DNA of 41,055 nucleotides from a virus (Duplodnaviria; Heunggongvirae; Uroviricota; Caudoviricetes): IMG/VR virus record IMGVR_UViG_2529293142_000020; one strand, 5' to 3'. Shown piece by piece: positions 24,683 to 35,233 of this stretch (position 1 is its first letter; each line of letters starts with the position of its first letter). The notes under the pieces were generated by a model. It saw only the letters and a program-made list of their open reading frames with translations, ran no database searches and was not told where the DNA came from. The position numbers and the translations under genes were made by a program.

Positions 24683-25923
24683 TGTTCTTTTCGGGATTAT
24701 TTCAACGAAAAAGTGACGCGCCGGTGACCACGCCAGCAGAACTGGCGGATGCTATCGGGCTGTCATATGACACCTATACCGGAAAGCAGATCAGCAGCCA
24801 GCGGGCCATGCGACTGACGGCGGTTTTTTCCTGCGTCAGGGTGCTGGCAGAGTCGGTCGGGATGTTGCCCTGCAATCTGTATCACCTGAACGGCAGCCTG
24901 AAACAGAGAGCCACCGGCGAACGTCTGCATAAGCTGATCTCCACGCATCCCAATGGCTATATGACGCCGCAGGAGTTCTGGGAGCTGGTGGTCACCTGTC
25001 TGTGCCTGCGGGGAAACTTTTATGCTTACAAAGTGAAAGCATTTGGCGAAGTGGCTGAACTGCTGCCCGTCGATCCTGGCTGTGTGGTGCCGAAGCTTAA
25101 CAGTAGCTGGGAGCCGGTCTATCAGGTCACATTCCCGGACGGTTCCACGGATGTGCTGACCCAGGAGGATATCTGGCATGTGCGCACGCTGACGCTGGAC
25201 GGTCTGGTGGGGCTGAATCCCGTCGCCTATGCCCGCGAGGCAATATCGCTGGCAGCGGCGACCGAAGAGCACGGGGCCAGGCTGTTCAGCAATGGTGCGG
25301 TGACGTCCGGTGTGTTGCGTACAGAACAGACGCTGTCAGATCAGGCTTATGAGCGCCTGAAGAAAGATTTTGAGGAGCGTCACACCGGGCTTGGTAATGC
25401 TCACCGCCCGATGATCCTTGAGATGGGGCTGGACTGGAAGTCGATGGCGCTGAACGCCGAGGACAGCCAGTTTCTGGAAACCCGCAAGTTTCAGCTTGAA
25501 GAAATCTGTCGTTTGTTCCGGGTGCCGTTGCACATGGTGCAGAACACCGATCGCGCCACCTTCAACAATATCGAAGAGCTGGGGCTCGGATTTATCAACT
25601 ATTCACTGGTGCCGTATCTGACCCGCATCGAACAGCGGATCAACACCGGACTGGTACGAAAAAGTAAGCAGGGCGTTTATTACGCCAAATTTAACGCCGG
25701 GGCGTTACTGCGCGGGGATATGAAGTCCCGTTTTGAAGCCTACGCCACCGGGATTAACTGGGGAATTTACTCTCCCAATGACTGCCGCGACCTGGAAGAT
25801 ATGAATCCGCGTCCCGGTGGTGATGTCTATCTCACACCGATGAACATGACCACGAAACCCTCCGATGGCAGTAAAGCCGGTAAGCAGAAGGATAACGCCA
25901 ATGCAGACGAAACAACGTCTTGA
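24682..25923 (+). CDS. Portal protein (HK97-like)
   Basis: 413 aa; GTG with GGAGGT upstream; position after terL; HK97-type portal sequence character. Confidence 0.9.
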   Translation: MFFSGLFQRKSDAPVTTPAELADAIGLSYDTYTGKQISSQRAMRLTAVFSCVRVLAESVGMLPCNLYHLNGSLKQRATGERLHKLISTHPNGYMTPQEFWELVVTCLCLRGNFYAYKVKAFGEVAELLPVDPGCVVPKLNSSWEPVYQVTFPDGSTDVLTQEDIWHVRTLTLDGLVGLNPVAYAREAISLAAATEEHGARLFSNGAVTSGVLRTEQTLSDQAYERLKKDFEERHTGLGNAHRPMILEMGLDWKSMALNAEDSQFLETRKFQLEEICRLFRVPLHMVQNTDRATFNNIEELGLGFINYSLVPYLTRIEQRINTGLVRKSKQGVYYAKFNAGALLRGDMKSRFEAYATGINWGIYSPNDCRDLEDMNPRPGGDVYLTPMNMTTKPSDGSKAGKQKDNANADETTS

Positions 25924-26551
25924 TGTACCGCTGAGTCTGAAATTTGTCAGTGACTCCGGTGAGTTTGAAGGGTATGGCTCCGTCTTTGGTGTAAAGGACA
26001 GCCACGATGATGTGGTGATGTCCGGGGCATTTGCTGCTTCCCTGCGGGCGTGGAGTGACAGAAAAGCGTTACCTGCGCTGCTCTGGCAGCACCGCATGGA
26101 TGAACCCATCGGTGTTTACACCGAAATGAAGGAAGACGATGTCGGGCTTTACGTCAGGGGACGGTTGCTTATTGATGATGATCCCCTCGCAAAACGCGCA
26201 CATGCACACATGAAGGCCGGTTCGTTAACCGGCCTTTCTATTGGGTACGTCCTGAAAGACTGGGAATACGACCGGAGCAAAGAAGCCTTTCTGCTGAAAG
26301 AAATCGACCTCTGGGAAGTCAGCCTGGTGACGTTCCCGTCTAACGACGAGGCGCGGATCAGCGACGTCAAGAACGCACTGGCCCGCGGGGAAATTCCCGA
26401 ACAGAAAAAAATCGAAAGAGTCCTGCGTGATGTCGGACTCTCCCGTACCCAGGCCAAAGCATTCATGGCCGGGGGCTATGGCGCACTGTCCCTGCGCGAC
26501 GCTGAGGATGTGGGCTCTGCACTGAATGCACTGAAAAATCTGAACTTCTAA
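25901..26551 (+). CDS. Prohead protease (HK97-like)
   Basis: ATG at 25901 within the track ORF; sequence FEGYGSVFGVKDSHDDVV typical of HK97-family prohead proteases. Confidence 0.85.
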   Translation: MQTKQRLDVPLSLKFVSDSGEFEGYGSVFGVKDSHDDVVMSGAFAASLRAWSDRKALPALLWQHRMDEPIGVYTEMKEDDVGLYVRGRLLIDDDPLAKRAHAHMKAGSLTGLSIGYVLKDWEYDRSKEAFLLKEIDLWEVSLVTFPSNDEARISDVKNALARGEIPEQKKIERVLRDVGLSRTQAKAFMAGGYGALSLRDAEDVGSALNALKNLNF

Positions 26552-26565
26552 TCAGGAGAAATACG

Positions 26566-27771
26566 ATGGCGGTTGATATTAAAGATGTCGAACAGGTCGC
26601 GCAGGAGCTGCAGCAGAAGTTTGACGACTTCAAAGCAAAGAACGACAAGCGCGTGGAGGCGATTGAGCAGGAAAAAGGCAAACTTGCCGGGCAGGTGGAA
26701 ACCCTGAACGGAAAACTCAGCGAGCTGGAAAATCTCAAAAGCGACCTTGAAAAAGAGCTGCTTGAGCTGAAACGTCCGGCAGGTGGTGCGCAAAATAAAC
26801 TGGCCACCGAGCATAAAGAGGCGTTTGTGGGCTTCCTGCGTAAAGGCCGTGAAGACGGTCTGCGCGATCTGGAGCGTAAGGCATTGCAGGTGGGCACCGA
26901 TGAAGACGGTGGCTATGCCGTGCCGGAAGCACTGGATCGCAACATTCTCACCCTGCTGAAAGATGAAGTGGTGATGCGCCAGGAAGCCACGGTGATCACC
27001 GTTGGCGGTTCCGACTACAAAAAACTGGTGAATCTGGGCGGTACGGCTTCCGGATGGGTTGGCGAGACTGACGCGCGCTCCCAGACTGCCACCTCAAAAC
27101 TGGGCCTGATTGAACCTTTCATGGGGGAAATCTACGGTAACCCGCAGGCCACCCAGAAAATGCTGGATGATGCCTTTTTCAACGTGGAGGCCTGGATCAA
27201 CAGCGAGCTGGCAACCGAATTTGCCGAACAGGAAGAAATTGCCTTTACCACCGGCGATGGTACCAAGAAGCCGAAAGGGTTCCTGGCGTATGAATCCACG
27301 GATGAAACCGATAAGGTCCGGGCGTTCGGCAAACTTCAGCATATTGTATCCGGCGACGCGACGGCGGTGACCGCAGACGCCATTATCAAACTGATTTACA
27401 CGCTGCGTAAGGCACACCGCACCGGCGCGAAGTTCATGATGAACAACAACAGCCTGTTTGCCATCCGTCTGCTGAAAGACAGCGAGGGTAACTATCTGTG
27501 GCGTCCGGGGCTGGAGCTGGGGCAGCCGTCCTCTCTGGCGGGTTACGGTATCGCTGAAAACGAACAGATGCCGGATATCGCCGCTGATGCGAAAGCCATT
27601 GCATTTGGTAACTTCAAACGGGGTTACACCATCGTTGACCGTATCGGTACCCGCATTCTGCGTGACCCGTACACCAATAAACCGTTTGTCGGTTTTTATA
27701 CCACCAAGCGCACCGGCGGCATGCTGGTCGATTCGCAGGCCATCAAACTGCTGAAGATTGCAGCGGCGTAA
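26566..27771 (+). CDS. Major capsid protein (HK97 fold), with N-terminal coiled-coil scaffold-like delta domain
   Basis: 401 aa; N-terminal coiled-coil then capsid domain; position after the protease. Confidence 0.9.
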   Translation: MAVDIKDVEQVAQELQQKFDDFKAKNDKRVEAIEQEKGKLAGQVETLNGKLSELENLKSDLEKELLELKRPAGGAQNKLATEHKEAFVGFLRKGREDGLRDLERKALQVGTDEDGGYAVPEALDRNILTLLKDEVVMRQEATVITVGGSDYKKLVNLGGTASGWVGETDARSQTATSKLGLIEPFMGEIYGNPQATQKMLDDAFFNVEAWINSELATEFAEQEEIAFTTGDGTKKPKGFLAYESTDETDKVRAFGKLQHIVSGDATAVTADAIIKLIYTLRKAHRTGAKFMMNNNSLFAIRLLKDSEGNYLWRPGLELGQPSSLAGYGIAENEQMPDIAADAKAIAFGNFKRGYTIVDRIGTRILRDPYTNKPFVGFYTTKRTGGMLVDSQAIKLLKIAAA

Positions 27772-27821
27772 TCATTCAGGGGGCGCAGAAGTGCGCCCCT
27801 GTTCTGACAGGTGAAAGAATC

Positions 27822-28010
27822 ATGATCCTGAAACAAGATCTGAAATGGTCACCGGACGGTATGCGTGTTGAGATTATTCGGGCCGGTGAGTATGAAGATA
27901 AAGAATTACCCGAACGGGTACGCGAAATTGCCACTGCAGCTGGGATTGTCTCTGATAAGAGAACACCTGTTGCGCGGGGGGCTGATAAGTCTAAAAAACA
28001 GCATTCATAG
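27822..28010 (+). CDS. Hypothetical small protein (62 aa)
   Basis: ORF after the capsid gene. Confidence 0.35.
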   Translation: MILKQDLKWSPDGMRVEIIRAGEYEDKELPERVREIATAAGIVSDKRTPVARGADKSKKQHS

Positions 28011-28021
28011 AGGTTGCCCAA

Positions 28022-28327
28022 ATGATGCCCACTCTGGAAGAGCTTCGTGTTCAGTGCCGGATTGATGATGACAATGAACAGGAGAATTCTCTTCTTATGA
28101 TGTATCTGGCTGCTGCCAGGGAAGAGGCTGAAAAGTTTTTAAACCGGACGCTTTACGATGAAACTGTTTCTGAGCAGGATACGACCGGGCTTGTAATAAC
28201 ACCTCTGATAAAACTGCGTCTTATGCAACTGGTTGGCTACTGGTACGAGAACAGGGAAATGCAGGATGCAGTGCCTGATTTTTTCTATACCGGACTGCGG
28301 ATGTATCGGTTTCATCCCGGGACATAG
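28022..28327 (+). CDS. Head-tail connector / DNA-packaging protein (gp6-like)
   Basis: 101-aa ORF in the conserved position; sequence character. Confidence 0.65.
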   Translation: MMPTLEELRVQCRIDDDNEQENSLLMMYLAAAREEAEKFLNRTLYDETVSEQDTTGLVITPLIKLRLMQLVGYWYENREMQDAVPDFFYTGLRMYRFHPGT

Positions 28328-28335
28328 GAGGATTC

Positions 28336-28674
28336 ATGCAGGCAGGAAGATTACGTGATCGTGTGGTTATTCTGAATGCCACCACCGTTCGGTCTCCATC
28401 AGGGCACCCTGTGGAAACAATGACGGAAGGGGCAACCATATGGGCAGAAGTTAAGGGGATCAGTGGCAGGGAGAGAATATCCGGAGGCGCAGAAACTGCT
28501 CAGGCTACAGTGAGGGTCTGGATGAGATTCCGGCGAGATGTGACAGCAACTTCATGTCTGAAAGTGCTGACTGGTGCATTCAGAGGCGCGATTCTGAGTA
28601 TAGACGGTCCGCCGATACCGGATGCCCGTGCCACCCGGCTTGAGATACTCTGTTCTCAGAAGGGGAATGTGTGA
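28336..28674 (+). CDS. Head closure / head-tail adaptor protein
   Basis: 112-aa ORF in the conserved order. Confidence 0.6.
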   Translation: MQAGRLRDRVVILNATTVRSPSGHPVETMTEGATIWAEVKGISGRERISGGAETAQATVRVWMRFRRDVTATSCLKVLTGAFRGAILSIDGPPIPDARATRLEILCSQKGNV

Positions 28675-29120
28675 TGGATTTCAGTCTTGATTTTTCAGGT
28701 CTGGCGGATATTGCACGGGATCTGGAGACGCTCAGCAGGGCAGAAAACAATAAGGTTCTGCGCGATGCCACCCGTGCCGGTGCTGAAGTTATGCGGGATG
28801 CAGTTGTTGAACGTGCGCCGGAGCGAACCGGAAAACTGAAAAAAAATGTGGTTGTTCTCACTCAGCGTTCAAAGCGTCGGGGGGAAATTATCTCGGGTGT
28901 CCACATTCGCGGACGGAACCTGCGAACCGGAAACAGTGATAACAGCATGAAAGCCAGCGATCCCCGAAATGCGTTTTACTGGCGCTTTGTGGAGCTGGGA
29001 ACGATAAACATGCCCGCGCATCCGTTCATTCGCCCGGCTTTCGATACGACAGAGGAACTGGCAGCACAGATTGCCATACAGCGAATGAATCAGGCTATTG
29101 ATGAGGTCTTAAGTAAATGA
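28671..29120 (+). CDS. HK97 gp10-family tail-component protein
   Basis: 149-aa ORF with ATGA coupling, conserved position. Confidence 0.6.
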   Translation: MMDFSLDFSGLADIARDLETLSRAENNKVLRDATRAGAEVMRDAVVERAPERTGKLKKNVVVLTQRSKRRGEIISGVHIRGRNLRTGNSDNSMKASDPRNAFYWRFVELGTINMPAHPFIRPAFDTTEELAAQIAIQRMNQAIDEVLSK

Positions 29121-29461
29121 GAGAGACCACACTGTATTCCCTGCTGTCTCAACTGGCCGGAGGACAGGTTTATCCTTATGTGGTCCCGCTGACGGAGGGA
29201 AAGCCTGCGGTATCTCCGCCATGGCTGGTGTTTTCTGTGGTGTCTGACACGGCATCTGATGTGCTTGATGGTCAGGCTGAATCAAGAATTACCGTGCAGA
29301 TCGATGTCTGGGCGACAGTACCTGATGACGCAGATGATATCCGTGAGCAGGCGCTTGATGCGGTAAGGCAACTGGCACCCTCCGTTATTTCTAAAACGCA
29401 GGGTTATGATCCTGATTCCCGTCTGAGCAGAGCCACGCTTGAATTTCAGGTAATAGCCTGA
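29117..29461 (+). CDS. Tail terminator/completion-like protein (DUF3168-like)
   Basis: 114-aa ORF preceding the major tail protein. Confidence 0.5.
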   Translation: MRETTLYSLLSQLAGGQVYPYVVPLTEGKPAVSPPWLVFSVVSDTASDVLDGQAESRITVQIDVWATVPDDADDIREQALDAVRQLAPSVISKTQGYDPDSRLSRATLEFQVIA

Positions 29462-29482
29462 GGTCGTTAATGATTTTACCCA

Positions 29483-29503
29483 CCCGCCGCTGGCGGGTTT
29501 TTT
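29483..29503 (+). terminator. Intra-operon terminator-like hairpin (CCCGCC-GCT-GGCGGG followed by a T-run)
   Basis: Hairpin plus TTTTTTATTTT between the tail terminator gene and the major tail gene. Confidence 0.4.
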
Positions 29504-29520
29504 ATTTTCAGGAGACGAGT

Positions 29521-30225
29521 ATGTCCTCTAATTTTGAACGTTCTCAGCAGACCAAAGTCATGATCTCGTCTGCACCGGTAACGGCAGAAACGCTGAGTTC
29601 TGCCAGTTTTCTTGAACTGAGCTGTACGATTAAAGAGGTTCAGTTTACCGCCGGGCAGAAACAGGATATTGATGTCACCACGCTGTGTTCTGTTGAGCAG
29701 GAAAATATTAACGGTCTTGGTGCCGCGTCAGAGATTTCCATGTCAGGCAACTTTTATCTGAATGCTGCCCAGAACGCGTTGCGCAGTGCCTATGACAATG
29801 ACACCACGTATGGCTTTAAAGTTATTTTTCCGTCAGGCAACGGATTTACCTTTATGGCAGAGGTGCGTCAGCATACCTGGTCTGCAGGAACCAATGGTGT
29901 TGTGGCTGCAACGTTTTCCCTGCGCCTGAAAGGTAAACCTGTGCTGACGACAGAGCCGCTGAAAGTGAAGGTCGATTTAAACAGCACGCTGCAGGTTTCT
30001 GCCGGTGCGAAACTCGAAATGGTGGTTGAGGCTGCCGGTGGTGTGCCGCCTTATTCTTATGTCTGGAAGAAAGGTGGTTCTCCTGTTTCCGGACAGACGG
30101 CGGCAACGTTCAGTAAGGCATCCGCAGTATCCGGTGATGCCGGTGCGTATACCTGCGAGATTTCTGATTCAGCAAGCCCGGTTAGCAAGGTGACCTCCAC
30201 TTCCTGCGCTGTTACCGTCAGTTAA
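29521..30225 (+). CDS. Major tail protein with C-terminal Ig-like domain
   Basis: ATG at 29521; C-terminal Ig-like segment GGVPPYSYVWKKGGSPVSGQTAATF...YTCEISD. Confidence 0.75.
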   Translation: MSSNFERSQQTKVMISSAPVTAETLSSASFLELSCTIKEVQFTAGQKQDIDVTTLCSVEQENINGLGAASEISMSGNFYLNAAQNALRSAYDNDTTYGFKVIFPSGNGFTFMAEVRQHTWSAGTNGVVAATFSLRLKGKPVLTTEPLKVKVDLNSTLQVSAGAKLEMVVEAAGGVPPYSYVWKKGGSPVSGQTAATFSKASAVSGDAGAYTCEISDSASPVSKVTSTSCAVTVS

Positions 30226-30239
30226 TGAGGATAGATGTG

Positions 30240-30611
30240 ATGACTAAAAATATCCGTAATCTGGCACTGGCAACGATGTCGGGGTTTCGCCATAAAACCG
30301 TTGATGTGCCTGAATGGGAAGGGGCAACGGTTGTATTACGGGAACCTTCTGCAGAAGCCTGGTTGCGCTGGCAGGAGATCGTTAAAGCAAAAGATGATGA
30401 GACACCGTTATCCGTTGCGGAGCGCGCCCGCCGAAATCTGGAGGCAGATGTTGAACTGTTCATTGATGTTCTGTGTGATACCGGACTGCAACCTGTATTT
30501 TCAGAGGATGATCGTGAACAGGTGATTGCCGTGTATGGCCCGGTGCATGCGCGGCTTCTTCGGCAGTCTCTGGAACTGATCAGTGATGCCGGCGAGGTTA
30601 AAAAAAAGTAG
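30240..30611 (+). CDS. G: Tail assembly chaperone G
   Basis: ORF ending at the slippery site, followed by a -1-frame T ORF; lambda-like position before the tape measure gene. Confidence 0.7.
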   Translation: MTKNIRNLALATMSGFRHKTVDVPEWEGATVVLREPSAEAWLRWQEIVKAKDDETPLSVAERARRNLEADVELFIDVLCDTGLQPVFSEDDREQVIAVYGPVHARLLRQSLELISDAGEVKKK

Positions 30612-30913
30612 CGCTTCCGGGGATGCGTTTTCTGATGATGCTGGCGCTCAGGATGGGGCGCACATTGTCAGAGTTACGCCGGGAAATGTCCGCATCAGAA
30701 ATCATGATGTGGGCAGAATTTGACAGGTTCAGCCCGCTGGGTGATGAGCGGGCTGATATCCGGGCTGCCCAGATAGTTTCTGCGGTTTACGGTGCGCAGG
30801 GTGTCAAAGTACCACTGAATGATGCGCTTCTTCAGTGGGAACAAGAGCAGACAGAAGGCGCCTCAGATCCATTTGCCGGACTGGAAAACGCGCTTTTAAT
30901 AGTGTCTCAGTGA
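30240..30913 (+). CDS. Tail assembly chaperone G-T fusion (product of -1 frameshift)
   Basis: Frame analysis: G in frame 0, T in frame 2 (-1), joined at the A8 run. Confidence 0.6.
30602..30608 (+). other. Programmed -1 ribosomal frameshift site, slippery heptamer A AAA AAG
   Basis: A_AAA_AAG in the G frame just before the G stop; downstream ORF 30623-30913 is in the -1 frame. Confidence 0.65.
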
Positions 30914-30922
30914 GTCAACATA

Positions 30923-30942
30923 ACCGCTTCGGCGGTTTTTTT
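30923..30942 (+). terminator. Terminator-like hairpin (ACCGC-TTCG-GCGGT followed by T7) before the tape measure gene
   Basis: Read from the sequence. Confidence 0.4.
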
Positions 30943-30952
30943 CGTCCGGAGA

Positions 30953-33900
30953 ATGAGTGTGGCGACATTACGTGAACTGATTATTAAAATCTCGGCAAAT
31001 TCCCGGTCATTCCAGTCAGAGATCTCCCGGGCTTCGCGTATGGGGCAGGATTACTACCGCACCATGCAGAACGGAGGCCGACAGTCCGCTGCTGCATCCC
31101 GTGAAATGCGGCGTGCACTGGCAGAAGTGACGGATCAGATAAATACAGCTAAATCTTCGGCACTGAATATGGCGGGGGCATTTGCCGGGGCTTTTGCTAC
31201 CGGTCATCTTATTTCTCTCGCCGATGAGTGGAATTCAGTAAATGCACGTCTGAAGCAGGCCTCACAGTCCAGTGATGATTTTCAGGCATCACAGCGTGAA
31301 TTAATGGCGATCAGCCAGAGAACGGGGACGGCGTTTTCTGATAACGCCAGCCTTTTTGCCCGTTCTGCAGCTTCCATGCGGGAGTATGGTTACAGTTCTG
31401 AGGAGGTACTGAAAGTCACCGAGGCGATCTCCACAGGCCTGAAATTATCCGGTGCCAGTACAGCAGAAGCCAGTTCAGTGATCACGCAGTTCAGTCAGGC
31501 ACTGGCGCAGGGAGTGCTGCGCGGTGAAGAGTTTAACTCGGTGAATGAGAACGGCGATCGTGTTATTCGTGCGCTGGCTGCGGGAATGGGGGTTGCCCGT
31601 AAGGATCTGAAGGCCATGGCGGATAACGGAAAGTTGACCGCCGATAAGGTTGTTCCTGCACTGATTAGTCAGCTTGGGGCATTACGTGATGAATATGCGG
31701 CAATGCCTGATACGGTTTCATCCTCTGCAACCAAAGTTGAAAACGCCTTTATGGCCTGGGTTGGTGGTGCGAACGAGGCAAGCGGAGTGACGAAGACGCT
31801 CTCCGGTGTGCTGAATGGTATTGCAGGCAATATTGACACCGTGGCAACCGCTGCCGGTGCTCTGGTTGCCGTCGGGGTAGCCCGATATTTTGGCAATATG
31901 GCGTCGTCTGCTGGATCTGCAACTGCCGGATTAATTACTGCAGCCAGAAACGAAGTGGCTCTTGCTGAAGCGCAACTTCGGGGGACACAGATAGCAACCG
32001 CCAGGGCGCGTGCGGCGGTTTATCGTGCGCAACAGGCGGTTGTTGCTGCTCGCGGTACCGAAAGGCAGGCCGCAGCAGAAGCGAAGCTGACAGCTGCTCA
32101 GGCGTCACTTACCCGTAATATTGCGGCCAGAACAGCGGCACAGACAACGCTGAATACTGTCACGTCAGTGGGGAGTCGTCTGTTAAGTGGTGCGCTGGGG
32201 TTGGTTGGTGGTGTGCCGGGGCTTGTCATGCTGGGGGCTGCGGCCTGGTACACGATGTATCAGAATCAGGAGCAGGCCAGAGAATCTGCACGCCAGTATG
32301 CCGCAACAATCGACGAAATTCGCCAGAAAACGTCGGCAATGTCGCTTCCTGAAGCGTCAGATAATGAGGAAAAGACGCGACAGGCACTGAAGGAGCAGAA
32401 CAGGTTAATTGACGAGCAGAAAAGTAAGATTAAATCCTTACAGGAAAAAATTGCTGGCTATCAGTATGTGCTGGCAAACCCGGGCTGGACAACCGATAAC
32501 GGTTTTATGATTAACCACATGACGTCGGTAAAAACTGTTACAGAAGGGCTTGCAGAAGCAACAAATCAACTGGCAGTTGAACAGTCCCGTCTCACACAAA
32601 TGCAGGGCAAAGCGCAATCCATTCAGGATGTGCTTGCCGGGCTGGAGGAGCGACGGGTGGCGTTGATCCGTCAACAGGCCGCGGAACAAAACAAAGCGTA
32701 TCAGTCCCTGTTGATCATGAATGGGCAGCATACCGAGTTTAATCGCCTTCTCGGGCTCGGTAATGAATTACTTCAGCAGCGACAGGGGCTGGTGAATGTA
32801 CCGTTACGGCTACCACAGGCAACCCTGGATGATAAACAGCAGACCGCACTGAATAACAGCAAGCGCGAACTGGCTCTGTCCCGCCTTAAGGGGGAAGCGC
32901 GTGAGCGTGCCCGACTGGGCTATGCTGCGGATGATCTCGGCTTTGTGGGAGAGGCGTATCAGACAGCCAGACAGAATTATATCAATAACTCACTGGATGC
33001 CTGGCGAAATAACCAGGCAAATAAACCCAAAGCGCATAAAAAGACCGAAGCGGAAAAAACAGAAGATATTTATAAACGGCTGATTAAACAGCAGAAAGAG
33101 CAGATAGCACTGGCAGGGCAGAATACTGAACTGGCTAAGATGAAATATCAGGTCAGTCAGGGCGAATTATCAACCCTGTCAGAAGCGCAGAAAAAACGCT
33201 TTTGCAGAATGCAGCACTCATCGACCAGAAAAAGATTCGTGAGCAGCTTGCTGCGTATGAGAGCAGTCTGGCGGACAGTAATGCCAGTGCCCGGGCATCT
33301 GACGACGCGCAGTTGCTGGGATATGGTGAAGGCTCACGGATGCGTGAACGACTCCAGGAAATGTGGAGTATCCGGCAGGCGTTTGAGCAGAAAAATAACG
33401 AGTTGCTGAGACAGTATCAGGCCGGAGAAATTGAAGAAGCCCTGTGGAAACAGGAAAAATCGCTTAATGAAAAATATCTGGAAGAGCGTCTCAGCGATCA
33501 GCAGGATTATTATGCAAAGGCTGATGCTTTACGCAGTGACTGGAATGCCGGACTCCAGGAGGGGCTGACGAACTGGGCAGACAGTGCCACCGATTATGCT
33601 TCGCAGGCGGCAGATGCTGTCGTTTCCACTATGGACGGGCTGGTATCAAATATTTCCGATGCACTGGCCGGAAATGTTGTGGACTGGCGAAACTGGGGGA
33701 GTTCAATTCTCCAGGAAGTTTCAAAAATTCTGATGAACGCTGCCATCGTTAACGGGCTGAAGTCACTTTCCAAAAGCATGTCCGGTGCCGGAGGATGGCT
33801 TGGTACGGTCGGCGACTGGCTTTCCGGTGCAGTGGCAAACGCAAAAGGTGGTGTTTATACATCGGCAAATCTGAGTGCTTACAGTAACACCATTGTGGAT

Positions 33901-34197
33901 ACCCCGACGTATTTTGCTTTTGCGAAAGGTGCCGGGCTGATGGGCGAGGCAGGGCCTGAAGCTATCATGCCACTGACCCGGGCAGCGGACGGCTCTCTTG
34001 GAGTCAGAGCCATTGGCAATGTGAATGGTGGCGGTGGATTTGTTTATTCTCCCGTGTATCACATCAGTATTCAGAATAAAGGGAGCAATGGCGAGATAGA
34101 TACGCAGTCAGCCAGGGGGCTGGTGGAACTGATCGACAGCAGGGTTGTGTCAATTATGCAGTCATCACGTCGGGACGGAGGATTATGCAGTGCCTGA
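30953..34197 (+). CDS. Tail tape measure protein, interrupted by a frameshift at the A6 run 33191-33196
   Basis: ORF 30953-33409 (818 aa) and ORF 33202-34197 (331 aa) together look like one tape measure protein; the first ORF's tail after about 33200 is out-of-frame noise; one extra A would join the frames. Confidence 0.8.
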
Positions 34198-34531
34198 GTC
34201 TGAAGTTTTTAACTGGATCCCCCGCGAGGGGATGGAGACGACACGAAAGCCATCTGTTATTACGGTAAAGTTCGGTGACGGATATGAACAGCGACGGGCT
34301 GGTGGTCTGAATGCAGATCTGAAAACGTTTAAACCGGTATTTCGTGTCACAGATGAATATTCCCGTGCCGCGCTGGACAGTTTTTTATCCCGTCATGCCG
34401 GGATTCGTGCTTTTTTGTGGCGTCCGCCAAAACACAACAGGACTGTCCGGGTTGTCTGCAGGGAGTGGAGCATTTCGGATAATGCCATGTATACCGATTT
34501 TAACTGTACCTTTGAAGAGGTCACTCACTGA
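34190..34531 (+). CDS. M: Minor tail protein M (lambda gpM-like)
   Basis: GTG at 34190 with GGAGG upstream; FGDGYEQRRAGGLNADLKTFKPVF resembles lambda M. Confidence 0.8.
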   Translation: MPESEVFNWIPREGMETTRKPSVITVKFGDGYEQRRAGGLNADLKTFKPVFRVTDEYSRAALDSFLSRHAGIRAFLWRPPKHNRTVRVVCREWSISDNAMYTDFNCTFEEVTH

Positions 34532-35228
34532 TGCAGGATATACAGCAGGAAACACTCAATGAGTGCACTAAAACGGAGCAATCCGCGCTGGTCGTGCTCT
34601 GGGAAGTCGATCTGACGGAGGTCGGTGGCGAGCGTTATTTTTTTGTAATGAGCAGAACGAAAAAGGTGAGCCGGTCATCTGGCAGGGGCGGCAGTATCAG
34701 GCGTACCCCATTCAGGGAAGCGGCTTTGAGATGAACGGCAAAGGAGCCAGTGCAAGACCAACGCTGAAAGTCTCTAATCTGCACGGCATGGTCACCGGGA
34801 TGGCGGAAGACCTGCAGAGTCTGGTCGGCGGAACGGTGGCCAGGCGTAAGGTTTACGCCCGTTTTCTGGATGCGGTGAACTTCGTCAACGGAAACAGCGA
34901 AGCTGATCCGGAGCAGGAGGTGATCAGCCGCTGGCGCATCGAGCAGTGCAGCGAACTGAGTGCGGTCAGCGCCTCCTTTGTGTTGTCCACACCGACGGAA
35001 ACGGATGGCGCTGTTTTTCCGGGACGTATCATGCTGGCCAACACCTGCACCTGGACCTATCGCGGCGATGAGTGCGGTTATCACGGTCCGGCGATCGCGG
35101 ATGAATATGACCAGCCAACGTCCGATATCACGAAGGATAAATGCAGCAAATGCCTGAGCGGTTGTAAGTTCCGCAATAACGTCGGCAACTTTGGCGGCTT
35201 CCTTTCCATTAACAAACTTTCGCAGTAA
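34531..35228 (+). CDS. L: Minor tail protein L (lambda gpL-like), interrupted by a frameshift in the T7 run 34638-34644
   Basis: N-terminal 38 aa (MQDIQQETLNECTKTEQSALVVLWEVDLTEVGGERYFF) match lambda L, then the frame breaks; the rest of L (…PTLKVSNLHGMVTGMAED…FGGFLSINKLSQ) is in ORF 34731-35228. Confidence 0.8.
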
Positions 35229-35233
35229 ATCCC

